The notes: generated by a model from the sequence alone, not told the origin. Counted from the first letter of the stretch, positions 37,718 to 48,082 are shown. The stretch: DNA of 64,000 nucleotides from Lachnospiraceae bacterium (GCA_045601665.1 JAZRZZ010000010.1:100370-164369); one strand, 5' to 3'. Translations and numbers: made by a program.

Positions 37718-38317
37718 ATGAGACTATTGAGAAAATTAAGAGAACCGATGTTGGTGGCGTCGGTTCTCTTTTTGGTTGCATTGATTGCGGGGGCATTGGT
37801 CGGCCGATTGACTGTACTGACGATGGAGGAGAGGATCGGTGCAAAGGTTTCGGAAGAGCTTCGACTGTTGGCGAACGGCAGTGTGCATTATGGTGAATTG
37901 TTTCGTTATACACTGGTTCGCAATTTTGCAGTGGCAGTATCGTTATATGTTGCGGCACTGTGTATTGTCGGTCCGTGGTACATGCTTGCGCGAATCGGTG
38001 TCCGTGGATTTTTGGTCGGATACTTGGCAGGACAATTGAGTGGACTTTTTCGGTGGAAAGGTATTCTGCTGACCTTAGCCTATTTTGTTCCGGCTTGGTT
38101 TGTGTATGCACCGGTTTATTTTGCATTGTATCAAAACGCATACGAATTATGGAGAATCGTATTTCGCAAGCAACGAGAAAGTGAGACGAATTCAAGAAAT
38201 CGTATGGATTTTGTGCGTCGGGTGATGTGCTTGGCAGGTTGCTTGTTGTTCGGAGTGGTGGTCGAGGTGTGGCTTGGCAGTCTGGTATTGCGAATAGCGG
38301 CAAAAAGGTTTTTGTAA
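37718..38317 (+). CDS. Stage II sporulation protein M-like membrane protein
   Basis: 199 aa, 4-5 TM helices, located next to nudF as spoIIM is in Bacillus and Clostridia. Assigned by size, topology and synteny only. Confidence 0.55.
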   Translation: MRLLRKLREPMLVASVLFLVALIAGALVGRLTVLTMEERIGAKVSEELRLLANGSVHYGELFRYTLVRNFAVAVSLYVAALCIVGPWYMLARIGVRGFLVGYLAGQLSGLFRWKGILLTLAYFVPAWFVYAPVYFALYQNAYELWRIVFRKQRESETNSRNRMDFVRRVMCLAGCLLFGVVVEVWLGSLVLRIAAKRFL

Positions 38318-38529
38318 TGCATGGAAATGATGCTTGTACTATGCAAATATATATTGCAAGTATATTTTTCATTACGAATTACAAATGGAATGGAACAATT
38401 GTCTATAGTAACAGTAGACATGGACTGAGAAAATGAGTATACTGGAGAAGAAGCAATGGATAGGATAAGGACTTGCTTTGTCACTCTATCTGAGGGTGAG
38501 ATAAGAATATTTTTTATGAGGTATGTGCC

Positions 38530-39855
38530 ATGAGAATGTACGATATTATTACGAAGAAGAAGCACGGAGAGATGTTAAGTCGGGAGGAGCTTGCATTTAC
38601 AGTGCAAGGATTTACCGACGGTTCAATCCCGGATTACCAGATGTCTGCATTCCTTATGGCATGCTGCTTGAAAGGATTGAACGAGGAGGAGACCATTGCG
38701 CTCACACTTGAGATGGCACATAGTGGGGAGATGCTTGATCTTTCCCCGATTGAAGGGAAGAAGGCCGATAAGCACAGTACCGGTGGAGTCGGTGATAAGA
38801 CCTCGATGATTCTCGGACCACTGGTGGCATCCCTCGGGGTTCCGGTCGCGAAGATGTCCGGACGTGGGCTTGGACACACCGGTGGAACCATTGATAAGCT
38901 TGAGAGCTTCCCGGGATTTTCGACGGCGATTGCCACGGAAGACTTCTACCGAAATGTCAATGAGATGAAGCTTGCGATTGCATCTCAAACGGCAAATCTT
39001 GCACCGGCGGATAAGAAGATGTATGCACTCCGCGATGTGACGGCGACGGTGGACAACCTTTCGCTAATTGCATCAAGCATAATGAGCAAGAAGCTTGCGT
39101 CGGGCGCGGACGTAATTGTACTCGATGTGAAGACCGGGAGCGGTGCATTTATGAAGACCTTACCGGAAGCAATTGCTCTTGCAGAGTTGATGGTGAAGAT
39201 CGGACGCGGTGCGGGCAGAGCAACGTACGCGGTGATTACGGATATGAATCAAGTACTTGGTCGCATGGTAGGAAATGCTCTTGAGGTACGAGAGGCAATC
39301 GAAGTTCTTCGAGGAACGTCCGAGCCGGATTTGTACGAGGTGAGTCTTCAGCTGGCTGCATTTATGCTTCTCGGCTGCGAGAGGGCAAGAAGTATAGAGG
39401 AAGCAAAGTGTATGCTCGAAGAAGCACTTACGAGTGGCGCAGCACTTTCGAAATTTCGTGAATTTGTAGAACGTCAGGGCGGTGATGGTGCATATGTTGA
39501 CAATCCGGAGCTGCTACCGACTGCAAAATATACACTTGAGGTTTATCCGGAATGTGAAGGTTATGTTGCCGAAACCAATGCAGAGGAGATCGGAATGACT
39601 TCACTCCTGCTCGGAGGTGGACGTGTGACGAAGGAAAGTGATATTGACCTTTCCGTAGGCTTGCGAATAGAGAAGAAGGTAGGCGATTTCGTGACGAAAA
39701 ACGAGCCGATAGGAATTCTATACGGCAATGACGAGAAAAAGCTTTCTGAGGCCAAAGAACGCTTTCTACGGGCATTTTCATTCTCTATCACACCGGTCAT
39801 ATCGCGAAAGACGATATACGGGTATGTCGACGAGGCGGGATATCACGAATATTAA
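38530..39855 (+). CDS. pdp: Pyrimidine-nucleoside phosphorylase
   Basis: 441 aa with motifs DKHSTGGVGDKTS and SGRGLGHTGGTIDKLES. Confidence 0.92.
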   Translation: MRMYDIITKKKHGEMLSREELAFTVQGFTDGSIPDYQMSAFLMACCLKGLNEEETIALTLEMAHSGEMLDLSPIEGKKADKHSTGGVGDKTSMILGPLVASLGVPVAKMSGRGLGHTGGTIDKLESFPGFSTAIATEDFYRNVNEMKLAIASQTANLAPADKKMYALRDVTATVDNLSLIASSIMSKKLASGADVIVLDVKTGSGAFMKTLPEAIALAELMVKIGRGAGRATYAVITDMNQVLGRMVGNALEVREAIEVLRGTSEPDLYEVSLQLAAFMLLGCERARSIEEAKCMLEEALTSGAALSKFREFVERQGGDGAYVDNPELLPTAKYTLEVYPECEGYVAETNAEEIGMTSLLLGGGRVTKESDIDLSVGLRIEKKVGDFVTKNEPIGILYGNDEKKLSEAKERFLRAFSFSITPVISRKTIYGYVDEAGYHEY

Positions 39856-39921
39856 TAAAAGGATTCCTATGCATATTTTACACACAGCTGACTAGAATAG
39901 TACAAAGGGTTGGGAGTAACC

Positions 39922-41112
39922 ATGAGACGATATATTCTGGTCGGCTGTTTTTTTGTGTTGTTTTCGTTTGGAGTGGTGTATGCCTCGGCACATATGCCCG
40001 AAATTGATGCGGTAGAGGCAGCGACGGCTGCGATGGATCTGTCTTTGCAAAGCGAGGCATATGTTTTGATGGACGGCGATTCCGGAACGATTTTGTGCGA
40101 GCATGAGGCGACCAAGGAGTTACCGCCTGCCAGCATTACAAAGATAATGACACTTTTGCTGATTATGGAGGCGATTGATGCGGGCAATCTGAAATACGAC
40201 ACCATGGTAACCGTCAGCGAGCATGCGGCATCTATGGGTGGTTCACAGGTATACCTTGAGGTAGGAGAACAACTGAGTGTTGATGATATGCTGAAATGCA
40301 TTTGTATTGCAAGTGCAAACGATGCTTCGGTTGCGATGGCGGAGTATCTTGCGGGCTCCGAAGAAGCATTTGTTAAGAAAATGAATGAACGTGCAGTCGA
40401 ACTCGGCATGAAGAATACGAATTTTGTAAACTGTTATGGTTTGGATACGGATGGACATTACAGCTGTGCCAAAGATGTCGCGATTATGTCGCGAGCACTT
40501 ATGAGTAACCATCCGGAGATTGCAAAATATACAACGACATGGATGGATACGATTGTACACAACACGGCACGCGGAAGCAGTGAATTCGGATTGTCGAATA
40601 CGAACAAGTTGATAAAAAGCTATGAAGGGATCACCGGATTGAAGACAGGTTCTACCGGGAAGGCGCTGTATTGTCTAAGTGCCACCGCAACGAGAAATAA
40701 ATGCAATTTGATTGCCGTAATCATGGCGGCACCGGATACAAAGACACGATTTGCAGAGGCGGCAAAGCTTCTTAATTACGGATTTGCGAATTACTATCTG
40801 TATGAGGATGGTGTGCACGCAGAACTAACATTTGAAGTTCCTGTTGCGGGTGCGATGAAGCCTACAAGCCCGGGAAGAGTGGAGAGTATCTTTACAACAC
40901 TTCTACATCAGGGAACCGGTGCAGAGGAGATTCGTGCGGAAGTTGAATTCTTCGATTGCAAGGCACCGCTTCCAAAGGGCGCCAAGGTGGGCGAAATCAC
41001 ATATATGCTTGAAGGGGTGGTGCTCGGCAAGGTTCCGATTGTACTTGAAAATGAGGTGAGCAAGGCGAAGTATTCCGACTATTTCACCGAGCTATTAAAA
41101 AAATACTTCTAG
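39922..41112 (+). CDS. Serine-type D-Ala-D-Ala carboxypeptidase (PBP5/DacB-like)
   Basis: Signal peptide, SITKIMT (SxxK), SANDAS (SxN), LKTGST (KTG) and a PBP5 C-terminal domain. Confidence 0.88.
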   Translation: MRRYILVGCFFVLFSFGVVYASAHMPEIDAVEAATAAMDLSLQSEAYVLMDGDSGTILCEHEATKELPPASITKIMTLLLIMEAIDAGNLKYDTMVTVSEHAASMGGSQVYLEVGEQLSVDDMLKCICIASANDASVAMAEYLAGSEEAFVKKMNERAVELGMKNTNFVNCYGLDTDGHYSCAKDVAIMSRALMSNHPEIAKYTTTWMDTIVHNTARGSSEFGLSNTNKLIKSYEGITGLKTGSTGKALYCLSATATRNKCNLIAVIMAAPDTKTRFAEAAKLLNYGFANYYLYEDGVHAELTFEVPVAGAMKPTSPGRVESIFTTLLHQGTGAEEIRAEVEFFDCKAPLPKGAKVGEITYMLEGVVLGKVPIVLENEVSKAKYSDYFTELLKKYF

Positions 41113-41132
41113 ATATACTAGTTCTTGTGGTT

Positions 41133-41181
41133 AAATGCTCGTTGCGCAACTATATTTTGTTGACAAACGAGCATTTTTCGC
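41133..41181 (+). terminator. Hairpin terminator after the carboxypeptidase gene, enclosing the next -35 box
   Basis: AAATGCTCGTT (41133-41143) pairs perfectly with AACGAGCATTT (41166-41176), followed by TT. Confidence 0.55.
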
Positions 41182-41188
41182 GTATAAT
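41160..41188 (+). promoter_or_regulatory. Consensus sigma-A promoter of the metallophosphoesterase gene
   Basis: TTGACA, 17 nt spacer, TATAAT (perfect consensus). Confidence 0.7.
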
Positions 41189-41213
41189 ATTTATGGATGA
41201 GAGGAGGGCATTC

Positions 41214-42065
41214 ATGCTGTATTTGCTTGCGGGAATCGGACTTGTTGCATTGCTTGTTCTTGTGATTGTTTTGGAACAAAGGGACTTCCGTACGGAGGAG
41301 TACGAAGTTAGTTTGCCCTTGGAGGCGCCGTGTAGGGAATGTGTTCCCGAGCGTATTTTGGTTTTGGCAGATCTTCACAATCGTTTTTACGGCGAAGCGA
41401 ATCGGAGATTGCTTGACGCAGTGAAGGAGGCTTCACCGGATTTGATTTTGATTCCGGGAGATTTGATTGTTCGTACGGATGAGGATAACGTGCATGCGGC
41501 GGCGCTTTTGAGTAACCTTTCTCAGTTAGGGATTCCTATCTATTATTCGCTTGGTAATCACGAATACCGCATGCGAAACGAACGCCCCGATTTGTATGAG
41601 GCGTATCTTGCACGATTTGCGGATGCCGGAGTACATCTTCTCGATAATGAGTCAATAGAAGCATTTCCGGGAGTATGTGTTGTAGGGCTTTCCATTCCGG
41701 ATGGATGTTATAACAAAGGACATAAGACAGAGCAGTTGCATCTGACAGATGTGGAACAATTGCTTGGAACGTGGAATCGAGACCGCTTTTTAATAATGCT
41801 GGCACACAATCCCGTGTATTTTGAAGAATATGCCGCATATGGTGCGAATCTGATTGTTTCGGGTCATATGCATGGTGGAATCGTTCGTTTGCCATGGATC
41901 GGAGGAGTGATTTCGCCGCAGTGGCGATTGTTTCCGAAGTATGATGCCGGAATCTTCGAGACCGATAAGTCTCTCATGGCGGTGTCACGTGGGCTCGGAG
42001 TACACACACTACCGATACGTTTGTTTAATAAGCCGGAGCTTATGGTATTGAAGGTAAGAAAATAG
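41214..42065 (+). CDS. Membrane-anchored metallophosphoesterase (calcineurin-like, YkuE/YaeI type)
   Basis: N-terminal TM helix. Motifs LADLHN, PGDL, GNHE, GHMHGG. The ATG at 41214 follows GAGGAGGG. The upstream in-frame ATG at 41193 would lie at the predicted transcription start. Confidence 0.82.
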   Translation: MLYLLAGIGLVALLVLVIVLEQRDFRTEEYEVSLPLEAPCRECVPERILVLADLHNRFYGEANRRLLDAVKEASPDLILIPGDLIVRTDEDNVHAAALLSNLSQLGIPIYYSLGNHEYRMRNERPDLYEAYLARFADAGVHLLDNESIEAFPGVCVVGLSIPDGCYNKGHKTEQLHLTDVEQLLGTWNRDRFLIMLAHNPVYFEEYAAYGANLIVSGHMHGGIVRLPWIGGVISPQWRLFPKYDAGIFETDKSLMAVSRGLGVHTLPIRLFNKPELMVLKVRK

Positions 42066-42096
42066 ACGATGCATCGCATCAGAAAGGAGGAAGAAC

Positions 42097-42870
42097 ATGG
42101 ACATTTCCGTGAAACTTGAAGTATTTGAAGGACCGTTGGATTTGCTGTTGCACTTGATCGAGAAGAACAAAGTGAATATATATGATATTCCCATTGCATT
42201 GATTACGGAGCAGTACATGGACTACCTTCATAAGATGCAGGAATATCAGATGGACAACATGAGTGAATTTCTTGTCATGGCGGCAACGCTTCTTCGAATT
42301 AAGTCGGCGATGCTTTTGCCTGCCGAGACAAGCGAGGAGGAAGAGGAACTGGATCCTCGTGCGGAGCTTGTGGAGAAGCTTTTGGAATATAAGATGTATA
42401 AGTATGCCTCTATAGAATTGAAGGATCGCCAAATCGATGCGGCAAAACATTTGTATCGTGAAGAGAGGATTCCGAAAGAGGTTGCCGCTTTCAAAGAGGA
42501 CATTAAAGCAGAGGATGTTGTCGGCGATTTGCAATTGAGTCGTTTGAATGCCATATTCCAAGAGGTGATGCGTAGACAGGAGAATAAGATTGATCCGATT
42601 CGAAGTAAGTTCGGTAGGATTGCAAAAGAAGAGGTGAATTTCAAGGAAAAGGTTCTTCGCATTCAGGAATACGGAATCAAACATCGAAGATTCAGTTTCC
42701 GTCGTTTGCTGGAGCGTGCCGGCGATAAGATTGAATTGATTGTAACCTTCCTCGGAATTTTGGAGTTGATACATATGGGACGCATGAGCATCCGACAAAC
42801 CGGATTATTCGAGGATTTTGAAATAGAGTATTTGGCAAATGATATAGTGCCGATAGAGCAGTATGCATAG
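42097..42870 (+). CDS. scpA: Segregation and condensation protein A
   Basis: N-terminal FEGPLDLLLHLIEKNKVNIYDIPIA motif. Followed by scpB. Confidence 0.92.
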   Translation: MDISVKLEVFEGPLDLLLHLIEKNKVNIYDIPIALITEQYMDYLHKMQEYQMDNMSEFLVMAATLLRIKSAMLLPAETSEEEEELDPRAELVEKLLEYKMYKYASIELKDRQIDAAKHLYREERIPKEVAAFKEDIKAEDVVGDLQLSRLNAIFQEVMRRQENKIDPIRSKFGRIAKEEVNFKEKVLRIQEYGIKHRRFSFRRLLERAGDKIELIVTFLGILELIHMGRMSIRQTGLFEDFEIEYLANDIVPIEQYA

Positions 42871-42879
42871 AGGATAGGT

Positions 42880-43446
42880 ATGGACGAACGTAAAAAAATC
42901 AAAGCGGAGATTGAAGCAATTCTTTTTACAATGGGAGAAGCCGTAGACGGTGAGCGTATAGCGGCAGCTTTGCAGATCAGCGAAGAGGAGCTGTCTGCCG
43001 TGATGGACGAAATGATCGAAGAATATGCGAGGGACGAGCGTGGCATTATGGTGCAGCGTTTGGAACGTAAGTATCAGCTTTGTACAAAGGTAGAACATTA
43101 TGAGACACTGATCCGCCTATGCCATGTTCCGCAGAAGCATGTATTGACGGATGTTTTGTTGGAGACGCTTTCGATTATTGCTTACAAGCAGCCGGTAACC
43201 AGGCAGGAAATTGAAGCAATTCGCGGTGTGAAATGTGATTTTGCAGTGAATAAATTACTGGACTATCATTTGATTTGTGAGCTTGGACGAATGGATGCAC
43301 CGGGAAGGCCGATTTTATTCGGAACGACGGATGATTTTCTACGAAGCTTCGGCGTTTCTTCTCTGGAGGAGCTTCCGATGATCGAGACAGCGAAGGTGGA
43401 GGAATTTAAGATGGAGGCAGAGGAAGAGGCCACTGTAGAGGTATAA
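42880..43446 (+). CDS. scpB: Segregation and condensation protein B
   Basis: IEAILF, ETLSIIAYKQPVTRQEIEAIRGV and GRPILFGTT motifs. Confidence 0.92.
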   Translation: MDERKKIKAEIEAILFTMGEAVDGERIAAALQISEEELSAVMDEMIEEYARDERGIMVQRLERKYQLCTKVEHYETLIRLCHVPQKHVLTDVLLETLSIIAYKQPVTRQEIEAIRGVKCDFAVNKLLDYHLICELGRMDAPGRPILFGTTDDFLRSFGVSSLEELPMIETAKVEEFKMEAEEEATVEV

Positions 43447-43467
43447 TAAATATAATTTGCATCATAG

Positions 43468-43503
43468 ATGCCCGAAGCATTTGAAATTCGGGCATTTTTT
43501 CTT
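43468..43503 (+). terminator. Rho-independent terminator after scpB
   Basis: ATGCCCGAA-N10-TTCGGGCAT followed by TTTTTTCTTT. Confidence 0.85.
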
Positions 43504-43546
43504 TGGTATCGGAATAGGTTCTTTCGAAAAGGGAAAGGCATTGGGC

Positions 43547-44755
43547 ATGAAGCAGTATGTTTTATGCATTCTAGCGATAGCAATTGCAACAATATTGTAC
43601 TGTAGACAAGGAAAATGGGAAAACGATGTACCGGAACCGGGATACCTTGGACCGACCGAAAAGGTATTGCGTGAGGAGGAACCGGTATTGGAGAATCCGA
43701 TGGGAGTGCTAAATGCTCGCGCTGCATGTCTCATGGATGCGGCGAACGGAAGAGTGTTGTTTGGAAAGGACGAGAACGTGGAGCTTCCGATGGCGAGCAC
43801 AACAAAAATTATGACATGCATTTTAGCGCTCGAACACTGCCAAACGGATGAGATTGTGACGGTGAGCTCGTATGCTGCATCTATGCCGGATGTACAGATG
43901 AATATTAAAGCAGGGGAGCATTATCGTCTCCTTGATTTGCTATATTCCATGATGTTGGAAAGTCATAACGATTCTGCAGTTGCTGTAGCGGAGCATGTGG
44001 CCGGAAGCGAAGAAGAATTTTGCCGTATGATGACGGAGAAAGCAAAAAATCTCGGTTGCGTGCAAACGATGTTTGGTTCTGCAAATGGGTTGGATCGAGA
44101 GATGCATTATACAACGGCAAGTGAGCTGGCCTTAATCGCGTCCTATGCAATGAAGAATCCGATGTTTGTAAAGATCATACAGACGCAAACGCATACCGTA
44201 AAGGAGTTGGATGGCAAGCGAACTTGTTTGCTTAGTAATATTAACAAGTACTTGTATATGGATAGTGATGCCATGGGAATCAAGACCGGTTTCACCGGAA
44301 AGGCAGGATATTGTTTTGTCGGTGCAACCGCATACGAGGATACGGTTTTGATTTCGGTAGTGCTCGGTAGTGGATGGCCGCCGCACAAATCATACAAATG
44401 GACAGACACGAAACAACTCGTAGAATACGGGAGAACGCATTTTCACAGTAGCCATATGGAGCTTCGCGGAGAGGTTCTCGGAACTGTTTCTGTGGTGAAC
44501 GGGAGAAAAGGCACAGTTTCTGTCGGAGTACGAGAGGATTACGGTACAACGTTATTGCTTGGTGGAGAAAAAGTACATGTGCGCTATGAGGTTTGTGAAC
44601 AGTTGACGGCACCAGTGAATGTGGGGGATGAAGTAGGGGAAATGACCTTATACATTGGGGACACGTTATATGTGAAGCTTCCGATTTGTGCGGAGGAATC
44701 AGTTCCTTCGGTGGATTTGCCGTATTTTCTCGAAAAGCTTCTCGGGGGAATATAA
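43547..44755 (+). CDS. Serine-type D-Ala-D-Ala carboxypeptidase, second paralog
   Basis: N-terminal anchor, ASTTKIMT (SxxK), SHNDSA (SxN), IKTGFT (KTG) and a PBP5_C-like tail. Confidence 0.85.
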   Translation: MKQYVLCILAIAIATILYCRQGKWENDVPEPGYLGPTEKVLREEEPVLENPMGVLNARAACLMDAANGRVLFGKDENVELPMASTTKIMTCILALEHCQTDEIVTVSSYAASMPDVQMNIKAGEHYRLLDLLYSMMLESHNDSAVAVAEHVAGSEEEFCRMMTEKAKNLGCVQTMFGSANGLDREMHYTTASELALIASYAMKNPMFVKIIQTQTHTVKELDGKRTCLLSNINKYLYMDSDAMGIKTGFTGKAGYCFVGATAYEDTVLISVVLGSGWPPHKSYKWTDTKQLVEYGRTHFHSSHMELRGEVLGTVSVVNGRKGTVSVGVREDYGTTLLLGGEKVHVRYEVCEQLTAPVNVGDEVGEMTLYIGDTLYVKLPICAEESVPSVDLPYFLEKLLGGI

Positions 44756-44780
44756 CGCCGAGAAATGTCCTTTGAAATAC

Positions 44781-44809
44781 TTGAAATCCATTCTTTTGTG
44801 TGATAAAAT
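44781..44809 (+). promoter_or_regulatory. Candidate promoter of the SNF2 helicase gene
   Basis: TTGAAA, 17 nt spacer, TAAAAT with extended TG. Confidence 0.55.
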
Positions 44810-44834
44810 AATAAAATCGTTTTTAGAGAAAGGA

Positions 44835-47800
44835 ATGGCTTCGCGTACGATGAATTTGACGAAAAGTTTTATCAGAAGTTTGGCTCCAACAGAGGAGATA
44901 TTCGCAGATGGATTTTCGTATTATAAAAACGGACGGGTCACCGGTGCAGTGGCCTCCCGTGATAAAACCATGTATCAATTTACGGTTAAGGGCAATTTCA
45001 GTTATCAAGTAAATGTACGAATGACAGATGAACTTCAGTTTCGATGCACGTGTGCTGCAAGAGCAAAGGATACCGATGCTTGTTGTAAGCATGTCATTGC
45101 TTCCCTTTTGTTTTTGTTGCAATTTCGCAACAATAGTCAGCGAAAAGCGGATATGTCACCCGAAGAGCAACGCTCCGCACAGATTCTTGATTATTATTCC
45201 GAGCTCGAAGGTGGAATGGTCCAAGGTGAGACTTGTCATTTGCGTTTGTCGGTATCTTATAAAGGCATCTTGCGTCAGGCATCCGATACTATGGCGCTTC
45301 GCATTTCCATGGGAGCGGAGAAGTGCTATAAGGTACAGTCTGTAAAGAAGATGCTGGAGACGCTGCGTAGTGGGCAGAATCTTGTGCTTGGTAAGAATTT
45401 CACGTATCGTGCAGGGGTTACGGAGTTTGACCGTGCTTCACAAGCGGTATGCGCATATCTGACGGATGTGCTTGAACTTGAGGAACGCTATCATATTGTC
45501 GGCGAACGATCGGTATTTCAAAAAAATGAGGTGCTGTTAACCAAGAGAATGTTGCTCGAAGTACTGAAACGCTTGGGAAAAGAATCGTTCACTTTTGTTG
45601 TAAATGGTCGGCCGATTGAAAATATAACATTTTGCGATGATAATCCATTGATTGCATATGACATTGATGTAGATGAAGAATATGTGGCAATCGGATATGC
45701 GGACAGTGCCAGAGCCTTTCCCTTGACTGCAGATGGTGAGTTGATGTTTTATGACAATGTGATATATCATCCGAGGACACAGTTTACGAAGAATTATCTG
45801 CCGATTTATAATTCACTTTCCAAAGACAGTCCGCAGATTGTCTTTCGTGGAGAACAAGCGAAGGAATTTCTTGAGGAAGTATTGCCTCGTCTAAACGATA
45901 CAATGAATCTTCGAATTCCCGACAATCTAAAGGATCGATATTTGTCGTTCCCTCTGACGGCGATACTGTATCTTGATTATGTGTATGGCAATATTCGTGC
46001 GGAGCTAGAGTACCGATACGGAGAGTATTCATTCAATAGTTTTGCGGAACCGGATATTCATGGATACATTTTGATGCGTGACAAAGAAAAAGAAGAGGCG
46101 ATTGCAAAGGAGCTGCAGGACAGACACTTTGAAATTCATAGCGGATATTATTTGCTTCGAGATATGGATTCGATTTTTGATTTTGTTTCGGGAGAGCGCG
46201 GACGTCTTCCGGAACTTTGTGAGATGATGTATTCAAGTGGATTTCATAACCTTCGAATTACGAAGGGGGAAAAGGTTTCGTATCAAGTGCATATGAAATC
46301 GGATGAAGATTTTCTGTCGTTTGAAGTTTCTTACGAAGATGTTCCCAAGCAGGAATTAAAGGACATTTTCCGTTCGATGCAGTTGAAAAAGAAATATTAT
46401 CGACTTAAGGACGGAAACTTTCTTCTGCTTGATTCCGAGGCGCTACAGGACACCTTGGCGATCCTACGTACCGTGAACGGGGATACCAGGCATATGCGAG
46501 GGGATGAGATACGAATCGAGCGCTCGCAGGCTTGCTATTTGGAAGAGCTGCTTCGTTCTAAACAGTGTGATTTTTCGATGGATGAGCGTATTTATGAATT
46601 GTTGCATTCGTTAAAGAATCCGCCGCAGGTTGAGGTTCCGGAGGTGATTACCGCACAAGTGAGACCGTATCAGCGCATCGGCTTGTCGTGGATGTGCAAC
46701 CTAGCAGGAAATGGTATGGGTGGAATTTTGGCGGATGACATGGGCCTTGGTAAGACGTTACAGGCAATTATGTATATTACTACGTTGCCGAGCGAGGGTC
46801 AGAGTTTGATTGTTTGTCCAACTTCACTTATGTATAACTGGAAGGATGAGGTGGAAAATTTCACCTCAGAGGTCTCTTGCGAAATCGTATGCGGAACTCC
46901 GGAGGAGCGCAAGCATATTTTGCAGAAAACAAAGGCACAGATCTTGATCACGTCATATCCGTTGTTGCGACGTGACATCCGTTACTATACGGAACGGGTA
47001 TTTGAAACTGTCATTATTGATGAAGCGCAGAACATAAAGAACGGTTCTTCGATCAATGCACAGAGTGTAAAACAATTAAGTGCGAAGACACGTTTTGCAC
47101 TGACCGGTACCCCGATTGAAAACTCGCTTTCCGAGATATGGTCCATTTTTGACTTTGTGATGCCCGGGTATCTGTTAACACATCCGAAATTTGTCGCGGA
47201 ATACGAAAAGCCGATAATGAATAAGGATGAAGAGAAACTAAAGCAGCTGAATATGCGTATCAATCCATTTATCCTACGTAGAATGAAAAAGGATGTGCTA
47301 TCAGAACTTCCGGACAAAACAGAAGAGAAGATTCTTGTGGATCTCACGGATAAGCAGAAGAAACTTTATGCGGCATATCTTGAGCATTATAAGGGCGAAC
47401 TTCATCTGGAAGAGGAAGAAGAGAATCCGTTGATGCACAATCGCATTCGTATATTAAGTGCCTTGATGCGTTTGCGTCAGATTTGTTGCCATCCGAAAAC
47501 CTTTGTTGAGAATTACGAAGGGGATAGTTCGAAGCTGGAACTGTTGAATGAGTTGATCGTGAAGGCGAGAGAGTCCGGACATCGGATGCTGATTTTTTCA
47601 CAGTTCACCTCAATGCTTTCGATTATTAAGGGAGAATTGGATAGACAGCAAATTCCGTATTTTTGTATTGAAGGAGAAACAAAGATTGCCGATAGAACCC
47701 GATACGTGAAGGAGTTTAACGAAGGTACAAATGATGTATTTTTGATTTCCTTAAAGGCCGGTGGAACGGGTTTGAATCTGGTCGGTGCAGATACCGTAAT

Positions 47801-48035
47801 TCATGTGGATCCATGGTGGAATCCTGCGGTTGAAGATCAGGCGACCGATCGTGCATATCGTATCGGTCAGACGAAGAACGTGCATGTCATTAAGCTTTTG
47901 GCACGAGGTACGATCGAAGAAAAGATATATCGCCTTAAGAAAAAGAAACAATTGCTGGCGAACTCGGTGATTGATACTAATGAGGATTTTATGAATCATT
48001 TAACCAAGGAGGAGCTACTCGACATTTTTTCATAG
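44835..48035 (+). CDS. SWIM zinc-finger / SNF2-family helicase (YwqA/RapA-like)
   Basis: SWIM CxC...CxH (CTCAARAKDTDACCKHV). SNF2 ATPase motifs (LADDMGLGKT, DEAQNIKN, LTGTPIEN) and helicase C motifs (SLKAGGTGLNL, WWNPAVEDQATDRAYRIGQ). The ATG at 44835 follows AGAGAAAGGA. Confidence 0.88.
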   Translation: MASRTMNLTKSFIRSLAPTEEIFADGFSYYKNGRVTGAVASRDKTMYQFTVKGNFSYQVNVRMTDELQFRCTCAARAKDTDACCKHVIASLLFLLQFRNNSQRKADMSPEEQRSAQILDYYSELEGGMVQGETCHLRLSVSYKGILRQASDTMALRISMGAEKCYKVQSVKKMLETLRSGQNLVLGKNFTYRAGVTEFDRASQAVCAYLTDVLELEERYHIVGERSVFQKNEVLLTKRMLLEVLKRLGKESFTFVVNGRPIENITFCDDNPLIAYDIDVDEEYVAIGYADSARAFPLTADGELMFYDNVIYHPRTQFTKNYLPIYNSLSKDSPQIVFRGEQAKEFLEEVLPRLNDTMNLRIPDNLKDRYLSFPLTAILYLDYVYGNIRAELEYRYGEYSFNSFAEPDIHGYILMRDKEKEEAIAKELQDRHFEIHSGYYLLRDMDSIFDFVSGERGRLPELCEMMYSSGFHNLRITKGEKVSYQVHMKSDEDFLSFEVSYEDVPKQELKDIFRSMQLKKKYYRLKDGNFLLLDSEALQDTLAILRTVNGDTRHMRGDEIRIERSQACYLEELLRSKQCDFSMDERIYELLHSLKNPPQVEVPEVITAQVRPYQRIGLSWMCNLAGNGMGGILADDMGLGKTLQAIMYITTLPSEGQSLIVCPTSLMYNWKDEVENFTSEVSCEIVCGTPEERKHILQKTKAQILITSYPLLRRDIRYYTERVFETVIIDEAQNIKNGSSINAQSVKQLSAKTRFALTGTPIENSLSEIWSIFDFVMPGYLLTHPKFVAEYEKPIMNKDEEKLKQLNMRINPFILRRMKKDVLSELPDKTEEKILVDLTDKQKKLYAAYLEHYKGELHLEEEEENPLMHNRIRILSALMRLRQICCHPKTFVENYEGDSSKLELLNELIVKARESGHRMLIFSQFTSMLSIIKGELDRQQIPYFCIEGETKIADRTRYVKEFNEGTNDVFLISLKAGGTGLNLVGADTVIHVDPWWNPAVEDQATDRAYRIGQTKNVHVIKLLARGTIEEKIYRLKKKKQLLANSVIDTNEDFMNHLTKEELLDIFS

Positions 48036-48082
48036 AAGAGGCGAATCATCCGTATAGGAAATGTGGATAGTGATAAAGAAGC

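Noticed and set aside
38318-38529. Possible riboswitch or leader in the 212-bp gap before pdp
   Set aside because: I found only short, weak palindromes (GTCTA-N9-TAGAC and a TGCAA-AT-rich-TTGCA). There is no recognisable conserved riboswitch core and no terminator/antiterminator pair. I treat it as an ordinary promoter region.
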